64,000 nt of DNA from Gordius albopunctatus. Its lineage: Eukaryota. How positions within the stretch are numbered: the stretch's first letter is position 1; the number at the start of each line of letters is the position of its first letter. This document shows, piece by piece, positions 11,506-26,100 of the stretch. The notes under the pieces were generated by a model. The model had not been told where the DNA came from. It ran no database searches and worked only from the letters and a program-made list of their open reading frames with translations. The DNA lies in the NCBI GenBank assembly GCA_964276515.1, contig OZ193909.1, positions 10,602,001-10,666,000 of the forward strand, read 5' to 3'. A program made the position numbers and the translations under genes.

Positions 11506-14092
11506 GTATGTATGTATGTATGTATGTATGTATGTATGTATGTATGTATGTATGTATGTATGTATGTATGTATGTATGTATGTATGTATGTATGTATGTA
11601 TGTATGTATGTATGTATGTATGTATGTATGTATGTATGTATGTATGTATGTATGTATGTATGTATGTATGTATGTATGTATGTATGTATGTATGTATGTA
11701 TGTATGTATGTATGTATGTATGTATGTATGTATGTATGTATGTATGTATGTATGTATGTATGTATGTATGTATGTATGTATGTATGTATGTATGTATGTA
11801 TGTATGTATGTATGTATGTATGTATGTATGTATGTATGTATGTATGTATGTATGTATGTATGTATGTATGTATGTATGTATGTATGTATGTATGTATGTA
11901 TGTATGTATGTATGTATGTATGTATGTATGTATGTATGTATGTATGTATGTATGTATGTATGTATGTATGTATGTATGTATGTATGTATGTATGTATGTA
12001 TGTATGTATGTATGTATGTATGTATGTATGTATGTATGTATGTATGTATGTATGTATGTATGTATGTATGTATGTATGTATGTATGTATGTATGTATGTA
12101 TGTATGTATGTATGTATGTATGTATGTATGTATGTATGTATGTATGTATGTATGTATGTATGTATGTATGTATGTATGTATGTATGTATGTATGTATGTA
12201 TGTATGTATGTATGTATGTATGTATGTATGTATGTATGTATGTATGTATGTATGTATGTATGTATGTATGTATGTATGTATGTATGTATGTATGTATGTA
12301 TGTATGTATGTATGTATGTATGTATGTATGTATGTATGTATGTATGTATGTATGTATGTATGTATGTATGTATGTATGTATGTATGTATGTATGTATGTA
12401 TGTATGTATGTATGTATGTATGTATGTATGTATGTATGTATGTATGTATGTATGTATGTATGTATGTATGTATGTATGTATGTATGTATGTATGTATGTA
12501 TGTATGTATGTATGTATGTATGTATGTATGTATGTATGTATGTATGTATGTATGTATGTATGTATGTATGTATGTATGTATGTATGTATGTATGTATGTA
12601 TGTATGTATGTATGTATGTATGTATGTATGTATGTATGTATGTATGTATGTATGTATGTATGTATGTATGTATGTATGTATGTATGTATGTATGTATGTA
12701 TGTATGTATGTATGTATGTATGTATGTATGTATGTATGTATGTATGTATGTATGTATGTATGTATGTATGTATGTATGTATGTATGTATGTATGTATGTA
12801 TGTATGTATGTATGTATGTATGTATGTATGTATGTATGTATGTATGTATGTATGTATGTATGTATGTATGTATGTATGTATGTATGTATGTATGTATGTA
12901 TGTATGTATGTATGTATGTATGTATGTATGTATGTATGTATGTATGTATGTATGTATGTATGTATGTATGTATGTATGTATGTATGTATGTATGTATGTA
13001 TGTATGTATGTATGTATGTATGTATGTATGTATGTATGTATGTATGTATGTATGTATGTATGTATGTATGTATGTATGTATGTATGTATGTATGTATGTA
13101 TGTATGTATGTATGTATGTATGTATGTATGTATGTATGTATGTATGTATGTATGTATGTATGTATGTATGTATGTATGTATGTATGTATGTATGTATGTA
13201 TGTATGTATGTATGTATGTATGTATGTATGTATGTATGTATGTATGTATGTATGTATGTATGTATGTATGTATGTATGTATGTATGTATGTATGTATGTA
13301 TGTATGTATGTATGTATGTATGTATGTATGTATGTATGTATGTATGTATGTATGTATGTATGTATGTATGTATGTATGTATGTATGTATGTATGTATGTA
13401 TGTATGTATGTATGTATGTATGTATGTATGTATGTATGTATGTATGTATGTATGTATGTATGTATGTATGTATGTATGTATGTATGTATGTATGTATGTA
13501 TGTATGTATGTATGTATGTATGTATGTATGTATGTATGTATGTATGTATGTATGTATGTATGTATGTATGTATGTATGTATGTATGTATGTATGTATGTA
13601 TGTATGTATGTATGTATGTATGTATGTATGTATGTATGTATGTATGTATGTATGTATGTATGTATGTATGTATGTATGTATGTATGTATGTATGTATGTA
13701 TGTATGTATGTATGTATGTATGTATGTATGTATGTATGTATGTATGTATGTATGTATGTATGTATGTATGTATGTATGTATGTATGTATGTATGTATGTA
13801 TGTATGTATGTATGTATGTATGTATGTATGTATGTATGTATGTATGTATGTATGTATGTATGTATGTATGTATGTATGTATGTATGTATGTATGTATGTA
13901 TGTATGTATGTATGTATGTATGTATGTATGTATGTATGTATGTATGTATGTATGTATGTATGTATGTATGTATGTATGTATGTATGTATGTATGTATGTA
14001 TGTATGTATGTATGTATGTATGTATGTATGTATGTATGTATGTATGTATGTATGTATGTATGTATGTATGTATGTATGTATGTATGTATGTG
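11506..14092. repeat. Perfect (TATG)n microsatellite, ~2.6 kb (~646 units)
   Basis: Uninterrupted tetranucleotide repeat seen directly; source of the MYVC ORFs. Confidence 0.99.
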
Positions 14093-15008
14093 GATAATAG
14101 CTGAATTCTAAAACTTGCGGCCCGGTTCGCGCGAAAATTTAGCCCTAGATTCCCAGTGCGACCAGGGGTAAAATAGCTTTTTCAGATTCCTAAAATTCCT
14201 TTTAGTTTTAAAAATATCGGACATTTTCCGGTTTTATACGTTTTGACGCGTAATAAAATGTCAATCAAACGCAACCTCATGACGTACTGCGTATCTATCG
14301 TGATCTTTGAAAATTGGAACATACAGTTCTTTAATAAAAGTGTATCACCTATAGTATTTTCTAGACCGTCATGCGTGTAGGTAGTGTAGTGTGATAAATG
14401 TAGACATGTGCTGCGGAAAATGGAAACATTTTACGATTTGAAATATTAAATTAAAGTCATTTTTTGCTTATTTTTTACGTCAATGATTACTATATGATGG
14501 TCGTGTCCCCTCCTGCGTGGCTAAATAAATTAAAAAATCTCATTTTATAATTTTTCGCGCGTTAAATAAGGAGAAAAATGAAAATACTTTTAACAAAGTG
14601 CCAATAAATGTTGATATATCTCAGTTCTTCGGACATTATTTAGTTAAGAATTAAAAGTTTTATTCAGAAACAAATAATTAGGATATTGTTTCTTAATTAC
14701 AAAAAATTAAAAAAAATTGCTTGAAGGGCCAGGGGGCCAAAGATTTTTCCATTGGGGGGGGGCATGGGGCTAGGTTTTCTCTCTTGGTTGGGCCTTGGCC
14801 TTGGACCCTCTTTAACTATTTGTTTAAAAATTTTTGCATAATAAACACTTACCAATTATATTTGATATATTCTTAATCTATTATACGGAAATAGAACAAT
14901 AGAAGTAGAACATATAGACATTAAACTTTATTTTTACTTCAATAACTGATACCAACATAATTTAATACACCCGGGTAAATGGCAAAACAATGTTTGCCGG
15001 GTTAACCT
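14093..15008 (+). mobile_element. Non-autonomous Helitron whose 5' microsatellite is the expanded TATG tract
   Basis: 14100-14230 matches the reverse complement of 33760-33895; 14230-14345 matches 32787-32902. 3' hairpin ggcaaaacaatgtttgccggg is followed by a degenerate CTAG-like end. Confidence 0.7.
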
Positions 15009-15449
15009 ATTTTTTATAAAATAAATAATATTTCATAAAATAAAACTGTTTTATCCAACTTGGCTTATAAATAAAATTTGTTCTTAGAATAACATTATAA
15101 TTAAAATTTTATTTGGTTTTAAAAGTATGTATTTGGATAAATACTTTTAATTAATTACTTTTGACCAAAATATACCACCACACTGTTTCCTGATTAATGT
15201 GACAAACGAATTTAAATCTATCAAAAGGTATTTTTTGACATTTTTTCTACTAATAAATTTTGGAATTATTCCATTGCAATATTTCTATTATTTTAGTTTA
15301 TACATAAAAATTTTATTTAATTAAAATATAAAATTAAATAAATATTCGAATGGGCGACCCATAATTTGAATTATGACTATAGACTCAATTCCATATGTAT
15401 ATAGTATAAACAAGATATTTAAAAAATTAAAAAATTTTCCAACCAGACC

Positions 15450-18075
15450 TTGGCCATTGGTAATTTTTTCCATCACTTTGGCCAGTGGTCATTTTTTCTA
15501 ATGGTAACAGAGAGCCAAATAACTAGCCAATCATTATAAAATAGAAAATAATCGATTTTAATCTCATTTTGGCCAGTGGTCATTTTTTTATTGGTCAGTA
15601 GCCAGGACACGGTCAAAAAGTCATATTTTCAATGGTATTAACAAGAACAATATATTAATAAAAAATATATACCAATTCAAAAACGAAAAAAAAATTTCCA
15701 ATCACAATTTGGCCAATGGACTTTTTCATTGGTCAGTAGCCAGTGGACGGCCAAAAAGTCATATTATCAATGGTATTAACGAGAACAATATATTAATTTA
15801 ATAAAAAAAACTTTTTTTGCCCTCTCCGGGATTCAAACCCACATCAGTAGAGGCATAGGCTTTTGTGGGGGGGGGGGCGGACAGGGACCCATATCAGTAG
15901 AGACATAGGCCTTATATGGGAGGGCATAGGGTCATTATCAATGTTAACCTATGTACAAATTGGCCAAGATAAGGGAGAAGAAAAGTCGAGATGTCGGAGT
16001 TCTTAAAATAGTCAAAAGCGAGAAGGGTCAAACCTTATTCAAGCCGAAGGAAGTGATGGAAAGGTGGAAAGGATATTTTAAGAAACTTATGAATTTTGCA
16101 AATGACAAGGATTCCCTTCCCGAAATTGAGCCAAATATAAGTATGGTCGATAGGACACAAATGAACAAGATGCAAAAAGGAAAAGCAAATGGCCCAGATG
16201 GAATACCTATGGAAGCATTGCTCGGATGTCGTGAAGAAGGAGTCACCACCATGACGAACCTCCTTAACAAGATATTGGTAGAAGAGCGAATCCCTAATCA
16301 ATGGAGAGCAAGCACGATTATACCCTTATTCAAAGGAAAAGGAGACCCTCAGGACTGCGGCAATTACAGAGGTATCAAGCTAACTTGCCACTCCTTGAAG
16401 CTTTTGGAAAGGATCTTAGTAACAAGGCTGAAATCGAGGTGGAAATATCGGCTAATCAATTCGGATTCGTGGCCGGCAAATCCACAATCGACCCAATCTT
16501 CGCCCTAAGACAAATGATGGATAAGTATGGTGAAAAGAGGAAAGACCTACATATGGTTTTTATCGACTTGGAGAAAGCTTATGACACGGTCCCCCGCGAT
16601 TTAATATGGTGGTGCCTGAGGAAACAAAATATCCCTGACGCATATATACGGCTTATGAAAAATATCTATGAAGCCTCAAACTCTTGCGTTAGGACGACAG
16701 TTGGGGACTCTAAACCTTTTCGGGTTAATATTGGATTACATCAAGGCTCTGCTTTAAGTCCCTTTTTATTTAATATAATTATAGACACGATAACGAGGGA
16801 CTTTCAAAAGCCATCGCCATGGTGTATGCTATATGCCGATGATATAGTAGTATGTGAGGAAACAAGGGAGAAGGTATTCGAAGAAGCAGAAAAGTGGTCA
16901 AAGCGCTTAGCTGGATATGGTTTAAAGGTCAACGATCGAAAAACGGTATACATGGAAATGAACGGTACAAGCACCGCATCGCTGGATGACCACCTAAAGT
17001 ACCCAAAAGTAGACAGGTTTACTTACCTCGGCTCTATGCTACATCAAGAGGGAGGTTGCGCAACTGAAATCAATGCCCGGATTCAAAAAGGATGGCTTAA
17101 ATGGCGAAGTATATTCGGTGTAATGTGCGACAAGAAAATGCCAATATGGTTGAAGAGCAAAGCTTACAAATCCATCGTAAGACCGGTGTTACTCTATGGA
17201 AGTGAAACATGGGTATTAAACACCACGGAAGGAAAGCTATTACAAGCCACTGAGATGAGAATGATACGGTGGAGCTTGGGGTATACTAAGCTCGACCATA
17301 TGACGAATGACTTTCTCATGACAAAAATGGGTATTCAACCTATGGCGGACATGATTAACGAAAATCGGCTAGGGTGGTATGGGCATATACTAAGAAGGGA
17401 CCCGGATGACGTAAATCGAAAAGTGCTAGACATGAAAATACCGGGGAAGAGAGGAAGAGGACGACCCCGTGTCACGTGGAAAAGGCAAGTCGATAAAGTT
17501 ATGGAAACTAAAGAGATTCGTCAAGACATGGCACTAACCCGGTCAAGATGGAAGAGACTCATCAAAACAAACCCCACCAATGTGGGACCAAATAACTGAT
17601 AAAGAAGAAGAAGAGAACCTAATATACCAATTAAAAAACGAAAAAAAAATTTTGAATCACAATTTGGCTAATGGTCATTTTTTCCATTGGTCAGTAACCA
17701 GGACGCGGTCAAAAAGTCATATTATCAATTGTATTAACAAGAACAATATATTAATATAATCTACAAAAAAATAAAAATTTTGCCCTCTCCGGGTATCGAA
17801 CCAGAAATTAAGAATTTGCCCTCGCTGGGATTTCAACCCAGATCAGTAATGGCATAGGCTTTTGTAGGGGGGGGGGCACAAGGACCCATATCAGTAGAGG
17901 CATAGGCCTTATATGAGAGGGCATATGGTCATCATCAATGTTAACCTAATATACCAATTCAAAAACGAAAACAAAATTTCGATTTATAATTTGGCCAATG
18001 GTCATTTTTTCATTGGTCAGTAGCCAGAGGAGAGCCAAAAAGTCATATTATCAATGTTATTAACAAGAACAAAAT
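15450..18075 (-). mobile_element. DINE-1-like tandem array copy D, split by an RTE insertion
   Basis: Same units as 9856-10960 at 15450-15950 and 17616-18075; the unit resumes exactly across the RTE. Confidence 0.85.
15952..17615 (+). mobile_element. 5'-truncated RTE LINE, RT nearly intact (one frameshift)
   Basis: ORFs 15951-16508 and 16301-17599 with [31 protein letters not shown] and YLGS; (GAA)n tail; TSD aaccta at 15946-15951 and 17616-17621. Confidence 0.95.
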
Positions 18076-20100
18076 ATAATTAACCGCTCATCCAAAGTTA
18101 TCACATTTGAGATAAATGTTTTACCATTATTGTATGAACAATCGTTTTTTAAATAGATAATTTAGATGCCCATTATATTATAAAGCTATTTTGCAATTCA
18201 TTAACATTTATTTGAATAGTTTATTATATAACATATAATCATAATATTAAACTGAATTTTTTATATAAAAATAGGGGTGCAAATTAATATAAATTAAAAT
18301 TCATTATAATGGAGCAATTATAAACTATTGTCTTTTTTATAAACCCTTCAGCATAATAAAACATATTCAAACTTAAAAAATAATTAATCATATCATAAAA
18401 ATAAATTGGTTGAGCTACTAAAATATGAAATTTAAACAAATTTTAATAGATTAGAATACACCTGCCTACCCTAATTACAATGTGATTGTTAATGTAATTG
18501 GCAAAATTTGTGGCTTCAAAATTTCAGAGGTGTGTTATAATGATTTCAATCATAAATCCTGGCAGACACATGATTGAATATATTATTGTCTTTCAAACAG
18601 TAAAAGATTCGGCAGGCACAGAAATCGCTGCTAGCCTGTGATCCTTAGACATTTCGCCAAATTTATATATAGTACTTTGTCTAATTAAAAATTTAAAATA
18701 ACAACACATCAGAAAGGATAATGTAACTGTTGCGAAATTTGAAGATCTTTTGGTAATATTTAATACTTTTTCAGAAATCATGTTTTTATGTTCATATTAT
18801 TTTAATGCCTAGGATAAAAATATGCAATAAAAATAATAAATAATTTACAAACCCTAAGGACCACTTATATTTAATTCAACAAGGTAAAATTATTAAAATT
18901 CAAATTTTACGCGGATAGGGATTTAATATTAATTAAATTTGCGTGTTTAAAAATATCCAATATCAAAGGCATTTTAATTTTATTAATTTACATTTAACAT
19001 ACAACATGTCAATCATACAAAATAGAAATAAAAATTAAATTTATAAAATCTACCGAGACGAGATGAGATGAGACCGAGATTTTTATCTATTTTTTCGCAT
19101 CACTAAAATTTATACACGTTTGTTGAGTTTTAACAACCTTTGCAATATTCAACTATATAAATGTTAAATATTATTTATTTTTAAAAATTTATAATAAGCT
19201 AATATCACATGACAAAAGTTCTTAACAAAAAAAGCTTATGTAGGGGAATAAAACTTGAAACTACTTTTATCTTGTTTAGAATAGTTAAGCATTCAAATAC
19301 TTTAGGAATTAATAAATTATCACTAAAATAAATAATCGCGGCTAAGGTTTAAATAAAAATACAACATTTAACCAAAAATGGTAAATTTTAAAGCAAATTT
19401 TTTTTTATCATTCTATTATAAAATAAGTCTATAAATTCTTAGTAAGAATACATATTATCATTCTAAGATTTTTGCATTAATTATATTTACCTGCACGTAT
19501 CGATTAAATTTGGGAAATTTTTTATAATGATCAAAATATATTAATTGGATAACGCCACGCACAAAACTGAGAAAGTAAAATTCGTAGCTTAAAAAAATCA
19601 CCAATATATTTAATTCCTTAAAAAATTTAACACTCTAGGTAGAATAAATATATTAAACATAAATATTAAACCAAGTGTGTTGGAGTTCAAGATAGGGTAA
19701 AGCATAAAAGTGAAGAGAGAATTAAGAGACTGTCATAATACGCTTAACCACAGTCATAATATTATTTACTAATTTAATCAAAGATTTGTTTAGATGCACT
19801 CGTTAGGTAGGACTTTTTAGATTTTATCGCTTAATTTAATCTAAAGAATAAAAAATGACATTTTAAAAAAATAATAAGAATTTAACTTTAAGTTTTAGGG
19901 TTTAAATAGATATAGCTTTCGACAACAATCATTGTGTGTGAGTTTCTGATTCTGACACTTTTGCATAAAATCCAAACTGCAGTTTACCGTATGAAAAGCA
20001 GCTGTTATTTGAAACTAAAGTTTAAATTTGCGTTTTTGTAATTGCGAGCATTTATGAGTTTAATTTTATTAAATTCTATTTTGTGCATTATTTTATAAAC

Positions 20101-23100
20101 ATGCATTATAGAATGAATGCTAGAGACAAAAAAATCGAGTTTTTAAGTTACAACGCTATTACAGATCTTGTTATTTTTGATAGATTTGTTATTGTTGCTG
20201 AAGGAGCATTTTTAAAGGTGTTTAATTTAAATGACTTTACGCATGTTTCCACTTTAAAAATTTCAAATCATTATGTTATTCATGGATTACATTTATTTGA
20301 TAGTCAATTATATGTAAATGCCTGCCAAAAGCTTATTGTTTATAAAGTTATTATTGGTACCTCATTATATTTTAGACAAATATTTGAAAAATTTTATCAT
20401 GATTGGATCTTAAAGCTCTTTGTTAAAGAAAATTTCCTATTTATATTCTTCAGAAAAAATTGCATATATGTCTTACGTGATTATAAGCATATACAAACAC
20501 TATTTTATAAACATATGCTGGCTTGCTCAGGGAATGTGATTGCAATTTACCCCCATATAATAGCATTTGTTGGAACATCTTATGGTGATTTATATAGTAT
20601 ATGCTGGAATTCTGAAAATTCAATTGTTCATAAAAGGCAATATTCATTAAATAGTGGAGTCATATATGATATTGCAACAAATGATTTATCAAAATTTATT
20701 ATTGCAGCATCTGAAAACAGAAGCATTTCCATATCTAATTATAAAAATTTTGACATGCAAATTATTTATACAATTTATGGTCATGAATCACAAATACGAA
20801 AAATTTTGATTCTCTCAAATCATAGTGGATTTTTGAGTGCTGGAGAAGATGGTTATATAATTCATTGGAATCTTGCTGGAAAGGTTTGTAAAAAAACTTT
20901 TAAAATCAAATCAACTAATTTGTTAATTGACAAAATATAAAATAATTGAATATTTTTGTTAAAAATATAATAAGAGCTTTTATATCTTAATGTTAATAAC
21001 ACAAATTTAATTTTTCTTTTAAAATTCTTTTTTTTATTTTAACATTTACATAGAGACTGAAATGGGCCTTTTCATGTCGAATCGTTTAAAAATGACAATT
21101 TTCATTAGAGTAAAATTAAATTTTATTTTTCTTTGGCATGTAAAGCTTCTGAAAGTGCACATTCTGAAATTGGTCATATGGGGTCAAAATAGGTTTTTAT
21201 GATTTTTACTAATTTGACCACAAGAAATAAACCACAAATGTTTGAGGCTTCTTGGTTAATTATTTCGATAGAAAATTTTCTTCTAAACAAAATACACCAA
21301 AATTAAAGGGATAGCGCCAACATGGGCGTAGCCAGCTTTTGAATTATGAATTGGGGGGGGGGGCAGATAACAAAAAATTTTCCTTGACTATCCCAAAATT
21401 TTTCCTGAGAGCAAAAAAAAAGGTCTCGCCTATCCAAAAAAATTTTCCGGATTTAAATTTGGCTAATTAGGGGGGGGGGCAGTGCCTTAAATTCTAACTT
21501 TTATTAATTCCTATAGGTGAACACAACTCGTTCTCTCCATCCAGCTCTACACTCCTCACTTTCCTTTGGAATGCTATAATTTAAAAATTTGATATAATTA
21601 AATGCAATTACTATATAATGATGGCACAGAAAAAAATAGATGTCTGAAAACCTATATAAAAAGTTTTTGCAATTTACTAAAAAATACTGAATATAGCCCA
21701 AGCTAGTGATGATCAAAACCTAGGTTTTGATCAGGCAACCTGAGGGTTTAGGTTCGGGCGACCCAAACCTTAACCTGAGGTTGATCCCGAAAATCAACCT
21801 GAAAAACCATATCCCAACACTTTATTTATCAAAATTTATAAACATATAGATGGCGTCATCGAGTAATATACATGTTTAACAACTAATTAAATTTTTATAT
21901 AAAAAAATCTTATTTTATTTTAAATAATAACCAAAAACTATTTTTTCTTCATTTAAAATTGTAAATATTTTAAAAGTTTGACGCATCTTGAAAAAGGAAA
22001 ATAGTTAAAGTAAAATCAAAATTTATTCTTAAATTTATCGGATAAAACAAGAGATTTTTATCAGGTTAACCTCAGGTCAACCTGGGTTTCAGGTTGGGGA
22101 TAAAATTGACCTGAATGTTTTTCAGGTTGATTTTCGGGATCAACCTCAGGTTTAAAACCGACCTGAGATTGGACCTAGGGAAAACCTGACCTAAGCCCAA
22201 GCCCCACAAAATTTTTAATAACTATAAAAATAATCAATATTCATAATCAGATTAATGTAATATAAAATATACCTTCATAAATTACTATTTTTTAAATCAA
22301 AAATTTTTAAAGTATTTCATAAATTTTTCTGAAATTTATATATAATTAATAAATATGTCCATGATTATGTAAGCAAAACACATAAAATTTTCAAAAAAGT
22401 CTTTGCTAAATAATTAAAATACTGAAATAAATATTATCAAAGGTCAATAAAGATTCAAAATAAAATTTTTTAACTTACCGTTTTTAATAAAGTGTATGTA
22501 CGAATATCCATTAAATTTGAAATTGTTAGGGAAATTAATTTGTATGTATGTATTAATTTTAGGGATAGGAAATAAATAATGACTACACAAACACAATCGC
22601 AACTAGTAATCTAAAATTTAGATTTAATTTTACCAAAATAATTTAAATTTATGTGTAAATTCGCTAATATAAGCCTCTGTATTTATTTGAGTTAAGTTCA
22701 AATGGGGGGGGGGGGGGGGGGCAAAACATAATTTTTTTAATTTTTAAGGGTTTTTGTATTGAAATTTTTCTTTTTTTGCTACGCCCATGAGCGCCAATAT
22801 CCAAAAATATGGCAAAAATAATGTAATCAATAAAACGCGCTCGAGCTTAATTTTGGCCCTTTGAACGTCCATAACTAAAAAATATTGGCCAAAAATGAAT
22901 AAAATGTTCATATATTATATAAAATACAATTAATAAAACCTACACCCATACCAAAAATTATCCAAACATGAGATTGTCGGTCAGATACTTTTTTAGTATT
23001 TATAGGTCAAAATTGTTAAAATCAGTTAGAGCTAATTTACGAATGACGAATATTGTTCAATTAAGAATTTGTAGGAAAGCCATATATTAAGATTTTTTAA

Positions 23101-26100
23101 GCCAGAATATAATATTTAGAGACTATGATGCTAGTCAATACCAAATACTATAAATATTTTCATTATAAATATCTTTCTCTTTAGATGAATTTCGCTAAGC
23201 GCATTGTTTAAATGAATGGAATAATATGAGTGCGAACTAGAGACCTGCAACGGGCCTGTTTACGTCAGTTGGCCCGCCTGTTATAAAAATTTGCAAAGCC
23301 CGGCCCGGGCCGATTTAAAAACTTTGTTTTAATTTTTTTCCATTTTAGATTGGAATTATTTAACCGAAATATTTGAACAATATATATATGTGTTAGAAAT
23401 GTTTTAATGTGAAAATATTTAATTATTAATAATTTCCGGTCAGACGAGTTCTACTTTCTTTAAGAGGCGACCTAAAGATATAAAATTTATTTCACTAGTG
23501 GCACTTGTAGTCCAAACACCTAAAATTATATATGCAATAAAAATTTTTTGAACCCTTATTTATGTTTGCAATGTTTTTAATAAATTTACTTGCTGATTTC
23601 CCATCAGAGACCAGATTTACCCTGCCCGCTGCGTGGGCCGGGCGAACTGTCCTAAATTTTGAATTTCGGGCGGGCACCGTAACAAGATTCGGGCAATTCG
23701 GGCTCAATTTTGTTTTTAAAATAATGTTTTATAATGTTTTTTTTCTATATTTTGTCACTTTTTAATTTGATTTCATAATGTTTGTTAATCCTAGCTCTCA
23801 GTTAAAGAAAAAATCAAAAATTAAGATAAAATTTTTAAAAAATATAACGATATTAGTGCTAAAAATTTTAAAACACATCATTTCGGGCAGGGCAGTTCGG
23901 GCAGATTAATTATAAAACTGGGCCGGGTTCGGGCAGAAAAGTTCTGACAAATCTGACCTCTGTTTCCCATTATCTTAAATCTTTTACTTTATGGATAGTG
24001 AATGAATAAGCAATTCTATTTTATATTGGAAATTTAAAGAAGTGATAACTGAAATTTGTATTTAAATTTTTTAATTTTATAAAGATTTAAATTAATTTAC
24101 CCTAGTCTTGATGGAGATTAAAGGAGGGGGGCAATAACGGGCAGCTGTTCCCCCCTCCCTTAAATAAAGCAAAAACCCTGCCTACAGGCCGGGATTTCAG
24201 GCCAGTCTGCCAGCCGGCCCCTGCAGGTCTCTACTTAGAACATTATGGAATAGGTATGGTGTCCTTTAACTTGCTAGCTGAGAATTGGACTGCCCTATTT
24301 GCAATTTATTGAAACTTCAAATGAAAGTGTTGTCACCTAGTTTTTCTATATTTTATCAAATTTTTAATAACGTAAAATAATTTTTTGGCTTCATTATTAA
24401 CTTTTTTCACAATCTGCAAATATTAATTATTTTCATACATTTACCAATTTAAAACTATCATTCAACTACGTGAAACACGTCATCTGCTTTAAAATTGTAC
24501 TCTGGCCGAATGCCCTCAAACTTAATTTAAATTAATGTCTGTTTAAGGATAGAGGAAGGTATATTTTGAAGGAAATTATGAAAAATAAACAAATAAATTG
24601 TGTTATATCCCCCCTCTAAATCCAATATGAGGCTACAAAATCAAACTTTTAAGGTCGTAGATGATAGGTTTAAATTTTACAATATTTCAAGCTATGTGTA
24701 GATAGAACACTCCAAATTTAAGTAGCAAAATAATGGCGAATTTAATTATCAATTCATCTAACACATTCATTAATTTCAGATATTTATTGATTCTTAGATT
24801 GTAAGAAAATATTCAAGCCCAAATTTGCTACCATTAACCGCCTTATGTGCAGACTCGAATTCACAATTTTTATATGGTGGATCCATAAATGGAACCTTAT
24901 TTAGGTATGAAATTAAAGATGACACCCCCTTTTCCTATGTCTGCCCTTATGACTCATTACGCTTTTTAAAGCTTATCGACAACGAGCATATTTTATTGTT
25001 AACCTATAAAGGTGATTTAATTGTTTATGATTATATCAAATCAATCACCAAATTCAAAATATATCAAAATGCCACAACACTCAATTCTTGTACTAAAATC
25101 CACGTGATTGGTTCATTGCATAAATGTTTATACATACTATTGGGATTCAAGAGTGGTTCAATTACTTTGATATGTGTTACAAATGGCAATACTATTACCG
25201 CCAGATGTCCTGTTTTTGAAGAAGACAAAATCATGGGTCTGTTTGGGGAGACAATTGAGGCTTCCCAGGTAACGAGTTACTCGGGCTGGTTAGCATTTTT
25301 AAAAATTGTACATTTTAAAAATTTTATCGATATCAAAATATTATATAAGCTAAGATTACGCGACATTTGTGCTAGTACTAGCAAAAATGCACACATTTGG
25401 ATTACATCGGTTTGCCATTTGTCCCTTAATACGTACGCTTGTGGTGACCGTAGGGGTGGTGTTTATATCATGAAACTTAATAATGGCTCTTCGATTCATA
25501 AAAAATTAGAAATCGTTCACAAACATTTTTACATTCATGATGTGCAAGGAGTAACACATATTTGGGCCTCCAAAAATCCACATTCCTTTAATACTATGGG
25601 CAAAGATGGTTTTCTCATTGAACACTCCTATAACAATTCCACGAAGGATGATAACTTGATATCACGCAACGCTCAAAATTTTCCTGGTAGGATTGAAGCT
25701 ATTGATTGTTTCGTTCGGCTGAGAACATCTAATATTAACACTAGTTTTTTGTTAGGATTCATTGGAAAATATTTTGTTTGCTATGATTTGTTTGAAAACA
25801 TCCCTCTTTTTAAAATAAGTTGTGGTGGGAGCCACAGATCATGGGATTGGTTTATAAACTCGTATAAAAAGCCTGAAATGACTCTAGCTTTCGTGAGGAA
25901 AAATTGTCTTATCGTTTTTAGCAAGACCCTACAATATATTATGCCGACAATTATACAGCAAGGAATTTACTCCAATGATATATTGCTAGCAAAATTTACG
26001 AGCCATCCAAATTTGCCCAAGTATATTTTATGCCTCATAAGCTGCCGAGATTATCTTCCCCAAATTATGATTTTAGATAAATCAAATTTTAATCAAGTAA

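Noticed and set aside
11424..14111. Three 860-895 aa MYVC-repeat ORFs
   Set aside because: Artefact of translating a stop-free (TATG)n microsatellite in three frames.
18450..18781. Possible exons (62-aa ORF and neighbouring higher-complexity sequence)
   Set aside because: No consistent spliced frame or recognisable homology could be built.
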